This document shows, piece by piece, positions 11,113 to 21,169 of a stretch of DNA of 64,000 nt (position 1 is its first letter; the number at the start of each line of letters is the position of its first letter). Origin of the DNA: Betaproteobacteria bacterium (lineage in GTDB: Bacteria; Pseudomonadota; Gammaproteobacteria; Burkholderiales; Burkholderiaceae_C). The translations under genes were made by a program, and so were the position numbers. The stretch is from positions 16,915-80,914 of the forward strand of contig JANNZD010000281.1 of NCBI GenBank assembly GCA_031410435.1. The letters run 5' to 3'. Under the pieces are notes generated by a model that was given only the letters and a program-made list of their open reading frames with translations, did not search any database and was not told the DNA's origin.

Positions 11113-11948
11113 AGGCTGATCAGGGCCAGCGCTGCGGGCAATACCGGCAGCAGCGCATCCACCCGGTCCAGCACACCGCCATGGCCTGGCAGCAGCGCGC
11201 TGGAGTCTTTGGCACCGGCCGCGCGCTTGACCAGGGACTCGAACAGATCACCCAGCACGCTCAGACCGGCCAGCAGCAGCAAGGCCAGGAACAAGCCGAC
11301 CCAGCCCTGGCGCTGCTGGATCAGCAGGAACAGGCTGGGCGAATCCAGGCTGCTGCGCGCTTCCAGCCACAACCAGGCCAGGGCCAGCAGCACCACGCCC
11401 ACCACCCCACCGTAGACGCCTTCCCAGCTCTTGCCGGGGCTGATGGTGGGGGCCAGCTTGCGGCGGCCCAGGGCCCGTCCGGTGAAATAGGCGGCGATGT
11501 CCGCCGCCCACACCACGCACATCACCGACAGCAGAAAGTTGATGCCGATGGTGCGCGCCTGCGCCAGCGCCAGCCAGGCCAGCCACAGCCCGGCCAGGCC
11601 GAGCGCCCAGCGCAGCCCCAGCGGCAGGCCAGGCCAACCCGCTGGCCCGCGCCGCAGCGCCAGCGCGCCACCCAGCAGCCACAGGGCCAGCCCGCCCCAC
11701 CAAAGCGTGGCCACCCGGCCGACCTGGGTCAGCTGCTGCAGGCTGAGCGCGCAAAGCAAGGCCAGCAACAGGCCACTGGCCAGCGCCAGCGCGGGTGAGC
11801 GCAAGCCGTTGAGCCGGGCCCATTCCCAGCCGGCGGCGCTGATCAACACCAGCGTGAGCACGGCAAAGGGCAAGCTGCTGCGGGCAAACAGGGCCGGCAG
11901 CAGCAGCGCCAGCAGTACCACGGCAGTGATCACGCGCTGGCGCAGCAT
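11109..11948 (-). CDS. cdsA: Phosphatidate cytidylyltransferase
   Basis: MLRQRVITA, VWAADIAAYF, ISPGKSWEG, GDLFESLVKR, KDSSALLPGHGGVLDRVD. Confidence 0.96.
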   Translation of the reverse strand: MLRQRVITAVVLLALLLPALFARSSLPFAVLTLVLISAAGWEWARLNGLRSPALALASGLLLALLCALSLQQLTQVGRVATLWWGGLALWLLGGALALRRGPAGWPGLPLGLRWALGLAGLWLAWLALAQARTIGINFLLSVMCVVWAADIAAYFTGRALGRRKLAPTISPGKSWEGVYGGVVGVVLLALAWLWLEARSSLDSPSLFLLIQQRQGWVGLFLALLLLAGLSVLGDLFESLVKRAAGAKDSSALLPGHGGVLDRVDALLPVLPAALALISL

Positions 11949-11954
11949 CTCGGT

Positions 11955-12683
11955 TCAGCCCGGGGCGGCTTCAAGCGCCGCCGCTGGCACGGCGCCAAAT
12001 CGGCGCTCGCGGCCGGCATAGTCGGCCAGGGCTGCATCCAGCGCCGCCGCGTCAAAGTCAGGCCACAGGCAATCGGTGAACACCAGTTCGGAATAGGCCA
12101 CCTGCCACAGCAGGAAGTTGCTGATGCGCACTTCGCCGCCGGTGCGGATGAACAGGTCGGGGTCGGGCGCATGGCGCATCGCCATGAAGCCGGACAGCGC
12201 CTGTTCGGTGATCTGCTCGGCCGCCAGGCCAGAGACCACGGCCTTGCGGCAGGCCTGCACCACGTCCCAGCGACCGCCGTAGTTGAAGGCCACCGACAAG
12301 GTGATGCGGGTGTTGTGCTGGGTCGCGCTTTCGGCCTCGGCCCAGGCGGCGCGCAAGCGCTCGGACACCGCATCGCGGTCGCCCACGATCACGATCTTGA
12401 CCCCGTCCTTGGCCATCTTGGCCAGGTATTTGGTCACCGCCACCAGCACCAGGCCCATCAGCCCGGAGACCTCGTCCTCGGGCCGCTTCCAGTTCTCGGA
12501 CGAGAACGCGAACACCGTCAGAAATTCGATGCCGCGGTCGGCACAGGTATTGATCAGCTTGACCAGGGTGTCGACGCCGGCCTTGTGGCCGAAAAAGCGG
12601 GGCAGGTAACGCTTCTTGGCCCAACGGCCGTTGCCGTCCATCACCACGGCCACATGGCGGGGCACAGAACGATCGGTCGTCAT
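11955..12683 (-). CDS. uppS: Undecaprenyl diphosphate synthase
   Basis: HVAVVMDGNGRWA, FAFSSENWKR, FNYGGRWD, DLFIRTGGEVRISNFLLWQ. ATG 12683 chosen; TTG 12707 is an alternative. Confidence 0.96.
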   Translation of the reverse strand: MTTDRSVPRHVAVVMDGNGRWAKKRYLPRFFGHKAGVDTLVKLINTCADRGIEFLTVFAFSSENWKRPEDEVSGLMGLVLVAVTKYLAKMAKDGVKIVIVGDRDAVSERLRAAWAEAESATQHNTRITLSVAFNYGGRWDVVQACRKAVVSGLAAEQITEQALSGFMAMRHAPDPDLFIRTGGEVRISNFLLWQVAYSELVFTDCLWPDFDAAALDAALADYAGRERRFGAVPAAALEAAPG

Positions 12684-12717
12684 CGCAGGCAGGGCGTTGG
12701 GCGGCAAGGGGCGGGGT

Positions 12718-13278
12718 TCAAACCTGCAGGATCTCGGCTTCCTTGCCCTGCACCAGGCGGTCCACCTCGCCGATGACGCGGTCGGTCAGTTTCTGCACCT
12801 CGTCCTGGGCGCGGCGCTCTTCGTCCTCGGCCACCAGTTTGTCCTTGAGCAGTTTCTTCAGGTGCTCGTTGGCCTCGCGGCGCAGGTTGCGCACCGCGAT
12901 CTTGCAATCTTCGCCCGCATGGCGTACCACCTTGGTCAGGTCGCGGCGTCGCTCTTCGGTGAGGGCCGGCATCGGCACCCGGATCAGGTCGCCTTGCGAG
13001 GCCGGGTTCAGGCCCAGTTCGCTTTCGCGGATGGCCTTCTCGATCTTGGCGGCCATGCCCTTCTCCCAGGGCTGCACGGTGATGGTGCGGGCATCCTGCA
13101 AGGACACATTGGCCACCTGGCTGATCGGCAGCATCGAGCCGTAATAGTCGACATGAACCTGGTCGAGGATGCCCGGATGGGCCCGGCCGGTGCGGATCTT
13201 CTGGATTTCACCCTTGAACGCTTCGATGGACTTGGCCATCTTGGTCTCGGCGGTCAACTTGATGTCGGCAATGGTCAT
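12718..13278 (-). CDS. frr: Ribosome recycling factor
   Basis: [25 protein letters not shown]. Confidence 0.97.
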   Translation of the reverse strand: MTIADIKLTAETKMAKSIEAFKGEIQKIRTGRAHPGILDQVHVDYYGSMLPISQVANVSLQDARTITVQPWEKGMAAKIEKAIRESELGLNPASQGDLIRVPMPALTEERRRDLTKVVRHAGEDCKIAVRNLRREANEHLKKLLKDKLVAEDEERRAQDEVQKLTDRVIGEVDRLVQGKEAEILQV

Positions 13279-13314
13279 GGTGCTTCTCGACAGGTCAGGA
13301 GGGAGGGGCGCGGT

Positions 13315-14025
13315 TCAGACGTGAACCAGGGTGCCCTCGTCCTCGCCCATGACCACGCGCTTGAGCGCACCGGGCTTGAAGATCGAGAACACCTTGATCG
13401 GCAACTTCTGGTCGCGGCACAGCGCAAAGGCGGTGGCGTCCAGCACCTGCAGATTCTTGGAAATGGCTTCATCGAAGCTGACCCGGGCATAGCGCGTCGC
13501 GCTCGGGTCTTTCTTGGGGTCGGCGGTGTAGACCCCGTCCACCTTGGTGGCCTTGAGCACGATTTCTGCGCCGATCTCGGCGCCGCGCAGCGCGGCGGCA
13601 GTGTCAGTGGTGAAGAAGGGGTTGCCGGTACCCGCGGCGAAGATCACCACCTTGCCTTCCTCCAGGTATTGCAGGGCCTTGGGGCGCACATAGCTCTCGA
13701 CCACCTGCTCGATCGCAATCGCCGACATCACCCGCGCGGTCAGGCCTTCCAGGCGCATGGTGTCGGCCAGGGCCAGCGCGTTCATCACGGTGGCCAGCAT
13801 GCCCATGTAGTCGGCGGTGGCGCGGTCCATGCCCACCGAGCCGCCGGCCACACCCCGGAAGATGTTGCCCCCGCCGATCACCACCGCCACCTCGCAGCCC
13901 AGCGCGGTCACCTCCTGCACCTCGCGCACCATGCGCACGATGGTGCCGCGGTTGATGCCATAGGCGTCATCGCCCATCAAGGCCTCACCCGACAGCTTGA
14001 GAAGAATGCGCTTGTAAGCGGGCAT
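13315..14025 (-). CDS. pyrH: Uridylate kinase
   Basis: [41 protein letters not shown]. Start at ATG 14025. Confidence 0.97.
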   Translation of the reverse strand: MPAYKRILLKLSGEALMGDDAYGINRGTIVRMVREVQEVTALGCEVAVVIGGGNIFRGVAGGSVGMDRATADYMGMLATVMNALALADTMRLEGLTARVMSAIAIEQVVESYVRPKALQYLEEGKVVIFAAGTGNPFFTTDTAAALRGAEIGAEIVLKATKVDGVYTADPKKDPSATRYARVSFDEAISKNLQVLDATAFALCRDQKLPIKVFSIFKPGALKRVVMGEDEGTLVHV

Positions 14026-14170
14026 GCAGAAGGCTCCTGGTGGCAAGGGCATGAGTTTAAGCGGCGCCGCCTGGCGGGCCCGCCCCGCCCGGCACCTGTT
14101 TGTGGCCGGCCCGGGCAGCTTGTCGTCCAAACCCGGCCTGCCAGGGCGCGTGCCCCGGCGTCGCGGGGTC

Positions 14171-15091
14171 TCAGGCGCCCTTGGCGGCGGCCACCTGGGC
14201 GGCGACTTCGGCGGCGAAATCGTCGACCTTCTTCTCGATGCCCTCGCCCACCACGAACATGGTGAAGGCCGCCACCTGGGTGTTGGCGGCCTTGAGCATC
14301 TGCTCGACCGTCTGCTTGTCGTTCTTGACAAAGGGCTGGTTGAACAGCGAGACCTCTTTCAGGTACTTCTGCACCGAGCCCTCGACCCGCTTGGCCACGA
14401 TCTCGGGCGACTGCACCGGCTTGCCCGCAGCCACCGCCGCGCTGGCATCTTCGGCGGCCTTCTCGGCGGCGATGCGGCGCTCTTTGGCCACCAGCTCGGC
14501 CGGCACATCGGCCGAGGACACCGACACCGGCTTCATGGCCGCCACATGCATGGCCACGTCCTTGCCGGCCACATCGTCACCGGTGAACTCGACCACCACG
14601 CCGATGCGCGTGCCGTGCAGATAGCTGGCCAGCTTGCCCTGGCCGGCAAAGCGCTTGAAGCGGCGGATCGCCACGTTCTCGCCGATCTTGCCGATCAGGC
14701 CCTTGCGCACGTCCTCGACGGTCGGGCCGAAGCCTTCCTGCGACAGCGGCAAGGCCGACAAGGCCGCCACGTCCGCCGGGTTGCTGCTGGCCACCAGCGC
14801 CACGCAGTGCTGGGTGAAGGCCAGGAAAGAATCGTTCTTGGAGACGAAATCGGTCTCGCAGTTGATCTCGATCATCGCGCCGGTGCCGGCAGCCATGGTG
14901 ATGGCCACCACGCCCTCGGCGGTGATGCGCGAGGCTGCCTTGCCGGCCTTGTTGCCCAGCTTGACCCGCAGGATTTCTTCAGCGCGGCCCATGTCGCCAT
15001 CGGCCTCGGTCAGGGCCTTCTTGCACTCCATCATCGGTGCGTCGGTCTTGGCGCGCAGTTCGCCCACCATGCTTGCAGTGATCGCTGCCAT
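14171..15091 (-). CDS. tsf: Elongation factor Ts
   Basis: [38 protein letters not shown]. Start at ATG 15091. Confidence 0.97.
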   Translation of the reverse strand: MAAITASMVGELRAKTDAPMMECKKALTEADGDMGRAEEILRVKLGNKAGKAASRITAEGVVAITMAAGTGAMIEINCETDFVSKNDSFLAFTQHCVALVASSNPADVAALSALPLSQEGFGPTVEDVRKGLIGKIGENVAIRRFKRFAGQGKLASYLHGTRIGVVVEFTGDDVAGKDVAMHVAAMKPVSVSSADVPAELVAKERRIAAEKAAEDASAAVAAGKPVQSPEIVAKRVEGSVQKYLKEVSLFNQPFVKNDKQTVEQMLKAANTQVAAFTMFVVGEGIEKKVDDFAAEVAAQVAAAKGA

Positions 15092-15178
15092 ATTCAAACT
15101 CCATTGCTGCGGGATGCAGCCTGCATCCCTGTGAAACGGGGCACCCGCGCGGGGCGCCATTCGGGGGCCGGTGTCATG

Positions 15179-15200
15179 AAAAAGGGGCTCAACAGCCCCT
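15179..15200 (-). terminator. Intrinsic terminator/attenuator between rpsB and tsf
   Basis: Minus strand AGGGGCT-GTTG-AGCCCCT followed by TTTT(CAT): 7-bp stem plus short U tract. Confidence 0.6.
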
Positions 15201-15248
15201 GTTGCAGGCTCGCCGAAGGCCCGCCTGGGGCCCAGGCGAGAGCCGACC

Positions 15249-15992
15249 TCAAGCGTCCTCGTTGACCTCGACGAACTCGTCGTTGCCCTGCACCGCCGCG
15301 ACCACGTCGGTAACGGCATTGTTCTTGCCGTCCAGCACGGCATCGGCCACCGCCTTGGCATACAAGGCCACGGCCTTGGCCGAGTCGTCATTGCCGGGGA
15401 TCACGTAATCGATGCCGATGGGCGAGTGGTTGGTGTCGACCACGCCGATGATCGGGATGCCCAGCTTGATGGCCTCGGCCACCGCGATCTTGTGGTAGCC
15501 GACGTCGATCACGAAGAGCGCATCAGGCAGGGCATTCATGTCCTGGATGCCGCCGATGTCCTTTTCGAGTTTGGTCAACTCGCGCTCGAACATCAGGCCT
15601 TCTTTCTTGCTCAGCTGCTCCATGCCGCCTTCCTTGGTGGCCTGCATGTCCTTGAGCTTCTTCAGCGAACCCTTGACCGTCTTGAAGTTGGTCAACATGC
15701 CGCCGAGCCAGCGCTGGTCGACGAAGGGCATGCCGGCGCGGCGCGCTTCGGAGGCGATCACCTCGCGCGCCTGGCGCTTGGTACCCACCATCAGGATGGT
15801 GCCGCGCTTGCCGCTGAGCGAGCGCGCGAACTTCATCGCCTCCTCGAACTTGGGCAGCGTCTTCTCGAGGTTGATGATGTGAATCTTGTTGCGATGGCCG
15901 TAGATGAACGGGGCCATCTTGGGGTTCCAGAAACGGGTTTGATGTCCGAAATGGACGCCCGCTTCCAGCATTTCACGCATGGTCACTGACAT
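15249..15992 (-). CDS. rpsB: 30S ribosomal protein S2
   Basis: [35 protein letters not shown]; SD GGAG upstream of ATG 15992. Confidence 0.98.
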   Translation of the reverse strand: MSVTMREMLEAGVHFGHQTRFWNPKMAPFIYGHRNKIHIINLEKTLPKFEEAMKFARSLSGKRGTILMVGTKRQAREVIASEARRAGMPFVDQRWLGGMLTNFKTVKGSLKKLKDMQATKEGGMEQLSKKEGLMFERELTKLEKDIGGIQDMNALPDALFVIDVGYHKIAVAEAIKLGIPIIGVVDTNHSPIGIDYVIPGNDDSAKAVALYAKAVADAVLDGKNNAVTDVVAAVQGNDEFVEVNEDA

Positions 15993-16140
15993 GGAGTTTC
16001 TCCGAAGGTTGGGTCTAGAATCCGGCGCGAATCGGGTGGGATTTGCAGTGATCGGGCGCTGCCGCAGCACGCCATCACCCTAAGCCCGCCCGACACCTTG
16101 CGGCAGCCGGTTCGCGGTTTGATTCATCTGCCGTCCTTGC
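15993..16140 (-). ncRNA. Probable rpsB (S2) autoregulatory leader RNA; bounds approximate
   Basis: Long UTR between the -10 box (16200-16205) and rpsB; CGCGAACCGG can pair with CCGATTCGCG near the start. S2 autoregulation via its leader is established in Proteobacteria. Confidence 0.55.
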
Positions 16141-16199
16141 CCCAAGTGTGATCACACGTGACCACTCCCGGCGCCATGGACATCCAGATAAACCCAAAG

Positions 16200-16209
16200 A
16201 TTATAGCAT
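16200..16209. promoter_or_regulatory. Overlapping -10 boxes: extended TGC-TATAAT (minus, rpsB) and TAGCAT (plus, amidase)
   Basis: Plus strand ATTATAGCAT at 16200-16209. Confidence 0.65.
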
Positions 16210-16253
16210 CCGGCGCCGCCAACACCGGGGGTGCAGGGCCCGCAGCCAATGAC

Positions 16254-17618
16254 TTGAGCGCTGCGGTGCAAGCCATACACAGCGGCCAGCACAGCGCGGT
16301 AGAACTGCTGCGCCTGGCCACGCAGATTGCCGACAGCCCGGCCTGCGCCCATGTCTACCTGCGCCGCTTCGATGCCCAGGCGCTGGCCATGGCCCAGGCC
16401 GTCGACGCCGCGCGCCAGGCCGGCTCGCCCCTGCCCCCGCTGGCGGGGCTGGCGCTGTCGGTCAAGGATCTGTTCGATGTGGCGGGCCATCCCACCACGG
16501 CCGGGTCCAGGTCCATGGCCGATGCCCGCCCTGCCCTGGCTGACGCGGTCGCGGTGGCGCGCCTGCGGGCGGCCGGCGCGGCACTCACGGGGCACACCAA
16601 TCTGAGCGAGTTCGCCTATTCCGGCGTGGGCATCAACCCGCACCACGGCACCCCGGTGAACCCGGTGACGGCGGCATTGAACCCGACCCCGCGCGCGCCG
16701 GGCGGCAGCACCTCGGGCGGCGCGGTGTCGGTGGCCACCGGTGCGGCCTGGGCCGCGTTGGGGTCGGACACGGGCGGCTCCATCCGCATTCCCGCCGCCC
16801 TGATGGGCCTGGTGGGTTTCAAGAACACCCAGCGCCTGACACCCCTGGCCGGCGCCGTGCCCCTGTCGACCACCCTGGACACGGCCTGCGCCGTGACCTT
16901 GAGCGTGCGCGATGCGGTGCTGCTGCACAGCGTGTTGGCCGGCGCGCCGGTGCGGCCCCTGCGCCAGCCGCTGCGGGCCTTGCGCCTGGCGGTGCCGCAG
17001 ACCGTGATGCTCGACGGCCTGGACACCGACGTGGCGCGCGCCTTTGAGCAAACCCTGGCCAGCCTGCGCCGCGCCGGTGCCCGGATAGACGAACTGCCCC
17101 TGGCGCCGCTCGGCGAACTGGCCCATCTGCAGTCCCTGGGTGGCTTCACCGCCGCCGAGAGCTGGGCCTGGCACCGCCACCGCCTGGCCCAGCGCCAGGC
17201 GGACTACGACCCCCGGGTACTGCAACGCATCCGCCGCGGCGAAGGTATCAGCGCTGCCGACTACCTGGACCTGCTGCAGGCACGCAGCGACTGGATCGCC
17301 CGGGTCGAGGCCGAGGTGGCGGGCTACGACGCGCTGCTGTCGCCCACCGTGCCCATGGTGGCGCCGGCGCTGGGCCCCTTGCTGGCCAGTGACAAGGGCT
17401 TTTTTGCCATCAATGGCCTGCTCTTGCGCAACCCGTCGGCGGTGAACATGCTGGACGGCTGCGCGTTGTCCCTGCCTTGCCACGGGCCGGCCCAGATGCC
17501 GGTCGGGCTGATGGTCTGGGGCCCGGCGATGGCCGACGCAGCGGTGCTGGGCGTCGCGCTGGCCATCGAGGCGCAGCTACAAGCCCCTGCAGACCTGCCT
17601 GGCAGCGGGGGCCGCTGA
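16254..17618 (+). CDS. Amidase-signature family amidase (GatA/AtzE-like); start uncertain
   Basis: Catalytic Lys in LSVKDLFD, GGSTSGG, LGSDTGGSIRIPA. TTG 16254 preferred because ORF-track starts 16158/16176 lie upstream of the plus-strand -10. Confidence 0.88.
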   Translation: MSAAVQAIHSGQHSAVELLRLATQIADSPACAHVYLRRFDAQALAMAQAVDAARQAGSPLPPLAGLALSVKDLFDVAGHPTTAGSRSMADARPALADAVAVARLRAAGAALTGHTNLSEFAYSGVGINPHHGTPVNPVTAALNPTPRAPGGSTSGGAVSVATGAAWAALGSDTGGSIRIPAALMGLVGFKNTQRLTPLAGAVPLSTTLDTACAVTLSVRDAVLLHSVLAGAPVRPLRQPLRALRLAVPQTVMLDGLDTDVARAFEQTLASLRRAGARIDELPLAPLGELAHLQSLGGFTAAESWAWHRHRLAQRQADYDPRVLQRIRRGEGISAADYLDLLQARSDWIARVEAEVAGYDALLSPTVPMVAPALGPLLASDKGFFAINGLLLRNPSAVNMLDGCALSLPCHGPAQMPVGLMVWGPAMADAAVLGVALAIEAQLQAPADLPGSGGR

Positions 17619-17620
17619 GC

Positions 17621-18922
17621 GTGCGGGTCGCGGTCATCGGCGCCGGCATCGTCGGCGTCACCACAGCCTATGAGCTGGCCCGAGACGGGCATGCAGTGAC
17701 GGTGTTCGAGCGCCGTGCCAGCGTGGCCGAAGAAACCAGCTTCGCCAATGCCGGCGTGGTGGCACCCGGCTATGTCACCCCCTGGGCCGCGCCGGGCATG
17801 CCGTCCAAGGTCTTGCGCTACTTGCTGAGCCGGCATGCGCCGGTGCGCCTGGCGCGGCCGATGGCGCGCGGCCAATGGGGCTGGATGTGGCGCTGGTGGC
17901 GCGCCTGCCGGGCCCCGGTGCATGCGGCCAACCGCCAGCGCCTTTACCGCCTGGCCTGCTACAGCCAGCAGCGCCTGTCACAACTGGGCCAGGAACTGGG
18001 CCTGGCGCACGAGCAATCACGCGGTTATCTGGTGCTGCTGCGATCGGCGCGTGACCTGGCCGGGGCCCGGGGCAGCCTGGGGCTGTTGGCGGAACTGGGC
18101 GTGAAGTTTCACCTGGTCGACGGCGCCCGGGCGCGCACCCTCGAACCGGGCCTGAATCCCGAGACCGCGCTGCTCGCGGCGGTGCATCTGCCCGACGATG
18201 AGGTGGGCAACTGCCGTCAGTTTGCCCACCTGCTGCGTGCCGAGGCCCAATGCCTGGGCGCGGTGTTTCAATTCCAGCGCAGCGTGCTGGCCCTGCAGGC
18301 TGGCGACAAGCCGGCCGTGCGCCACGCCGACAGCAGCGCTCCCGGCCGCGCCGAGACAAGCCCTTTCGATGCGCTGGTGGTCTGTGCCGCGATGGGCTCG
18401 GCAGCGCTGCTGCGCCCACTGGGCCTGCACCTGCCGCTGGCGCCGGTGCATGGCTACTCGATCACCGCGCCATTGCGCCTGTTGGAAAGCCACCCCCACC
18501 TGGGCCCGGCTTCGGCCGTGATGGACGAGAAGTACAAGGTGGCGATCAGCCGCCTGGGCCAGCGCGTGCGGGTGGCCGGCAGCGCCGAGCTGGGCGGCAG
18601 CCTGGGCCGCCACAGCGAGGGTGCGATCCACACCCTGCACAAGGTGCTGGACGACTGGTACCCGGGCTGCGCCCAGCGGGCCCAGGTACAGGCCTGGAAG
18701 GGCGCGCGGCCGATGCTGCCCGACGGCCCGCCGGTGCTGGGCGCCAGCGGCCTGCCCGGGGTCTGGCTGAACCTGGGCCATGGCTCCAGCGGCTGGGCCC
18801 TGGCCTGCGGTTCGGCGCGGGTGCTGGCCGACCAGCTGCTGGGCCAGGCGCCGGCCATCGATGTGGAGGGCCTGGATGTCAGCCGTTTGGGTTTGAGTTC
18901 CGGCTTGCGGCCGCGGGCCTGA
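17621..18922 (+). CDS. FAD-dependent D-amino acid dehydrogenase-like oxidoreductase (DadA family)
   Basis: GTG 2 nt after amidase stop; VAVIGAGIVG FAD motif, ETSFANAG, GYSIT, WKGARPMLPDGPP, GHGSSGWALACGS. Confidence 0.88.
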   Translation: MRVAVIGAGIVGVTTAYELARDGHAVTVFERRASVAEETSFANAGVVAPGYVTPWAAPGMPSKVLRYLLSRHAPVRLARPMARGQWGWMWRWWRACRAPVHAANRQRLYRLACYSQQRLSQLGQELGLAHEQSRGYLVLLRSARDLAGARGSLGLLAELGVKFHLVDGARARTLEPGLNPETALLAAVHLPDDEVGNCRQFAHLLRAEAQCLGAVFQFQRSVLALQAGDKPAVRHADSSAPGRAETSPFDALVVCAAMGSAALLRPLGLHLPLAPVHGYSITAPLRLLESHPHLGPASAVMDEKYKVAISRLGQRVRVAGSAELGGSLGRHSEGAIHTLHKVLDDWYPGCAQRAQVQAWKGARPMLPDGPPVLGASGLPGVWLNLGHGSSGWALACGSARVLADQLLGQAPAIDVEGLDVSRLGLSSGLRPRA

Positions 18923-21092
18923 GCAGGCGCCAGCGCGCCCACTGCGTCAACAGCATCGGGGTGGCCACCGCCAGGCCCAGCAGGCCGCTGATCAGCCCGG
19001 GCGCCACCAGCATCACCGCAGCCAAGCCACAAAGCGCCTGTTCCCAGCGCCGCATCTCCACCAGCAGGTAGCGCGACAGCGCCGCTGCCAGCAGCGTGAT
19101 GCCCAGCACGCAGCCGATGAAGGTGACGCTGAAGTCATACCAGGTGAAACCCCTGGCCACCAGCAGCAACGAGGGCGAGAAGACGAAGACGAAAGGCACC
19201 AGGGCCTTGGCCAGGCCCAGCCGGAAGGCCGTGTTGCCGGTCTTGAAGGGGTCGCTGCCAGCCATGCCGGCCGCCGCATAGGCCGCCAGCGCCACCGGCG
19301 GGGTGATGTCGGCCAGCACCCCGTAATAAAAGACGAAGAAATGCGCCACCAGCGGCTCCACCCCCATCAGCACCAGGGTGGGCGCGGCCACCGTGACCAT
19401 GATGATGTAGTTGGCGGTGGTGGGGATGCCGCAGCCCAGCAGGATGCAGACCAGGCCGGTCATCACCAGCGCCACCGTCAGCGCCAGCGTGCGCGGGTCG
19501 ACCAGCGCGGCCGGCAGCCAGGCGCCCACGCCGCCGGCCATCGCGTTGGCCGCACCGGTGATGACGGTGCTGAGCTTGAAGCCCACCCCGGTGAGCGTGA
19601 CCACGCCGATCACGATGCCCACCGTGGCCGCCGCGGCGCCCACCGCCAGCGCGTACTTGGCGCCGGTCTCGAAGGCCTCGACCAGCGCCGCCGGCGCCAT
19701 CCGGCCGCGGATGTGGCCGACGCGGATCGCCGCCACCGCGATCAGCACCCCCACCGCGAACACCGCCACCTTGGCGCCCTCGGATTGCAGGCCGCCGAAC
19801 ACGATCACGCCCAGCACCGCATGCAGCCCCGCCAGCAGGGCCCAGTTGGCTGGGCGGTTGCCGGTGGTGCGGGTGCTCAGGCCGACGATGGCGCAGGAGC
19901 TGATGCCGCAGAAGGCCGCCAGGTAGGGCGTGCGGCCGCTGACCAGGATGAAGATCAGCAGGAACAAGGGGATCAGCGTGGGCCAGCGCTCACGGAACGA
20001 TTCGCGCAGCCGCGGCATCTCGGCCTCGGTCAGGCCGCGCAGGCCGAAGCGCTTGGCCTCGAAGTGCACCTGCATGAACACGCCGAAGAAGTGCATGAAG
20101 GCCGGGATGGTGGCCGCCACGATGATGGTCTGGTAGGGCAGGGCCAGGAACTCGATCATCAGGAAGGCGGCCGCGCCCAGCACCGGCGGCGTGATCTGGC
20201 CGCCGGTGGAAGACGCTGCCTCCACGGCGGCAGCAAACTCGCGCCGGTAGCCCACCCGGATCATCGCGGGGATGGTGAGCGAGCCCACCGTCACCGCATT
20301 GGCCACTGACGAGCCCGACAGCATGCCGAACATCGCCGAGCCGAACACGCTGACCTTGGCCGGCCCGCCGGCATAGCGCCCGGCGATGCTGGACGCCACA
20401 TCCAGAAACAACTGGCCCAGCCCGATGCGCGTGGCCAGCACGCCGAACAACACGAAGTGGAAGACATAGGTGGCCACCACCCCCACCGCCACGCCATAGA
20501 TGCCCTGGCTGGTGAGGTACTGGTGGTTGACCAGCTGGGCCCAGCTGGCCCCGGCATGCTTGAGCAGCCCGGGGAACACTGGCCCGGCCATCGCATAGGC
20601 CATGAAGGCGATGGCGATGATCGGCAGCGGCCAGCCCATGCTGCGGCGGGTGGCTTCGAGCAGCAGCAGGATCAGCATCGAACCCATCGCCACGTCCAGT
20701 GCGCCGGGGTTGCCGACCCGGAAAGCCAGGTCCTCGAAGATCCAGGGGATGTAGAGCACTGCGGCGGCAATGCCCAGCGCCAGCAGCCAGTCGAACCAGG
20801 GCACGCCGCCGGGGCTGGCCAGGCTGTGCCGCGGCGAGGCCGTCAGCAACGCGCGACGGTGCGGGAACACCAGGAAGATCAGCCCCAGCACGAAGGCCAT
20901 GTGCACGCCGCGGTGGGTCACCTCCTGCAGCAGGCCGAAGCCGGCGGTGTAGTAGTGGAAGGCCGACAGCGCGATCAGCAGCGCGCCCACCACCGTGACC
21001 GCCGGCGCCAGCAGCGGCCGAAAGCGCATCTCGGGGTCGAACTTCTGCTCCAGTGCCTGCAGGGCGCGGTCGTCGAGGGGGAGGCTGGTCAT
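18879..21092 (-). CDS. TRAP transporter fused 4TM/12TM permease (TAXI type)
   Basis: Many TM helices; GGPAKVSV, SGSSVAN, EAASSTGGQITPPVLGAAAF, GIPTTANY, ADITPPVALAAYA. Confidence 0.93.
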   Translation of the reverse strand: MTSLPLDDRALQALEQKFDPEMRFRPLLAPAVTVVGALLIALSAFHYYTAGFGLLQEVTHRGVHMAFVLGLIFLVFPHRRALLTASPRHSLASPGGVPWFDWLLALGIAAAVLYIPWIFEDLAFRVGNPGALDVAMGSMLILLLLEATRRSMGWPLPIIAIAFMAYAMAGPVFPGLLKHAGASWAQLVNHQYLTSQGIYGVAVGVVATYVFHFVLFGVLATRIGLGQLFLDVASSIAGRYAGGPAKVSVFGSAMFGMLSGSSVANAVTVGSLTIPAMIRVGYRREFAAAVEAASSTGGQITPPVLGAAAFLMIEFLALPYQTIIVAATIPAFMHFFGVFMQVHFEAKRFGLRGLTEAEMPRLRESFRERWPTLIPLFLLIFILVSGRTPYLAAFCGISSCAIVGLSTRTTGNRPANWALLAGLHAVLGVIVFGGLQSEGAKVAVFAVGVLIAVAAIRVGHIRGRMAPAALVEAFETGAKYALAVGAAAATVGIVIGVVTLTGVGFKLSTVITGAANAMAGGVGAWLPAALVDPRTLALTVALVMTGLVCILLGCGIPTTANYIIMVTVAAPTLVLMGVEPLVAHFFVFYYGVLADITPPVALAAYAAAGMAGSDPFKTGNTAFRLGLAKALVPFVFVFSPSLLLVARGFTWYDFSVTFIGCVLGITLLAAALSRYLLVEMRRWEQALCGLAAVMLVAPGLISGLLGLAVATPMLLTQWARWRLLRPAAASRNSNPNG

Positions 21093-21116
21093 GGGCAAAT
21101 CGGGGCGCTGACTTCA

Positions 21117-21147
21117 GAAATGAAACAGGGCAGCGCCGCTGCCCTGT
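21117..21147 (-). terminator. Hairpin with U-rich tail between TAXI binding protein and permease genes
   Basis: Perfect 10-bp stem ACAGGGCAGC-GGC-GCTGCCCTGT then TTCATTT on the minus strand. Confidence 0.6.
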
Positions 21148-21169
21148 CGGGTGAGCATCGCCGGCGCGC

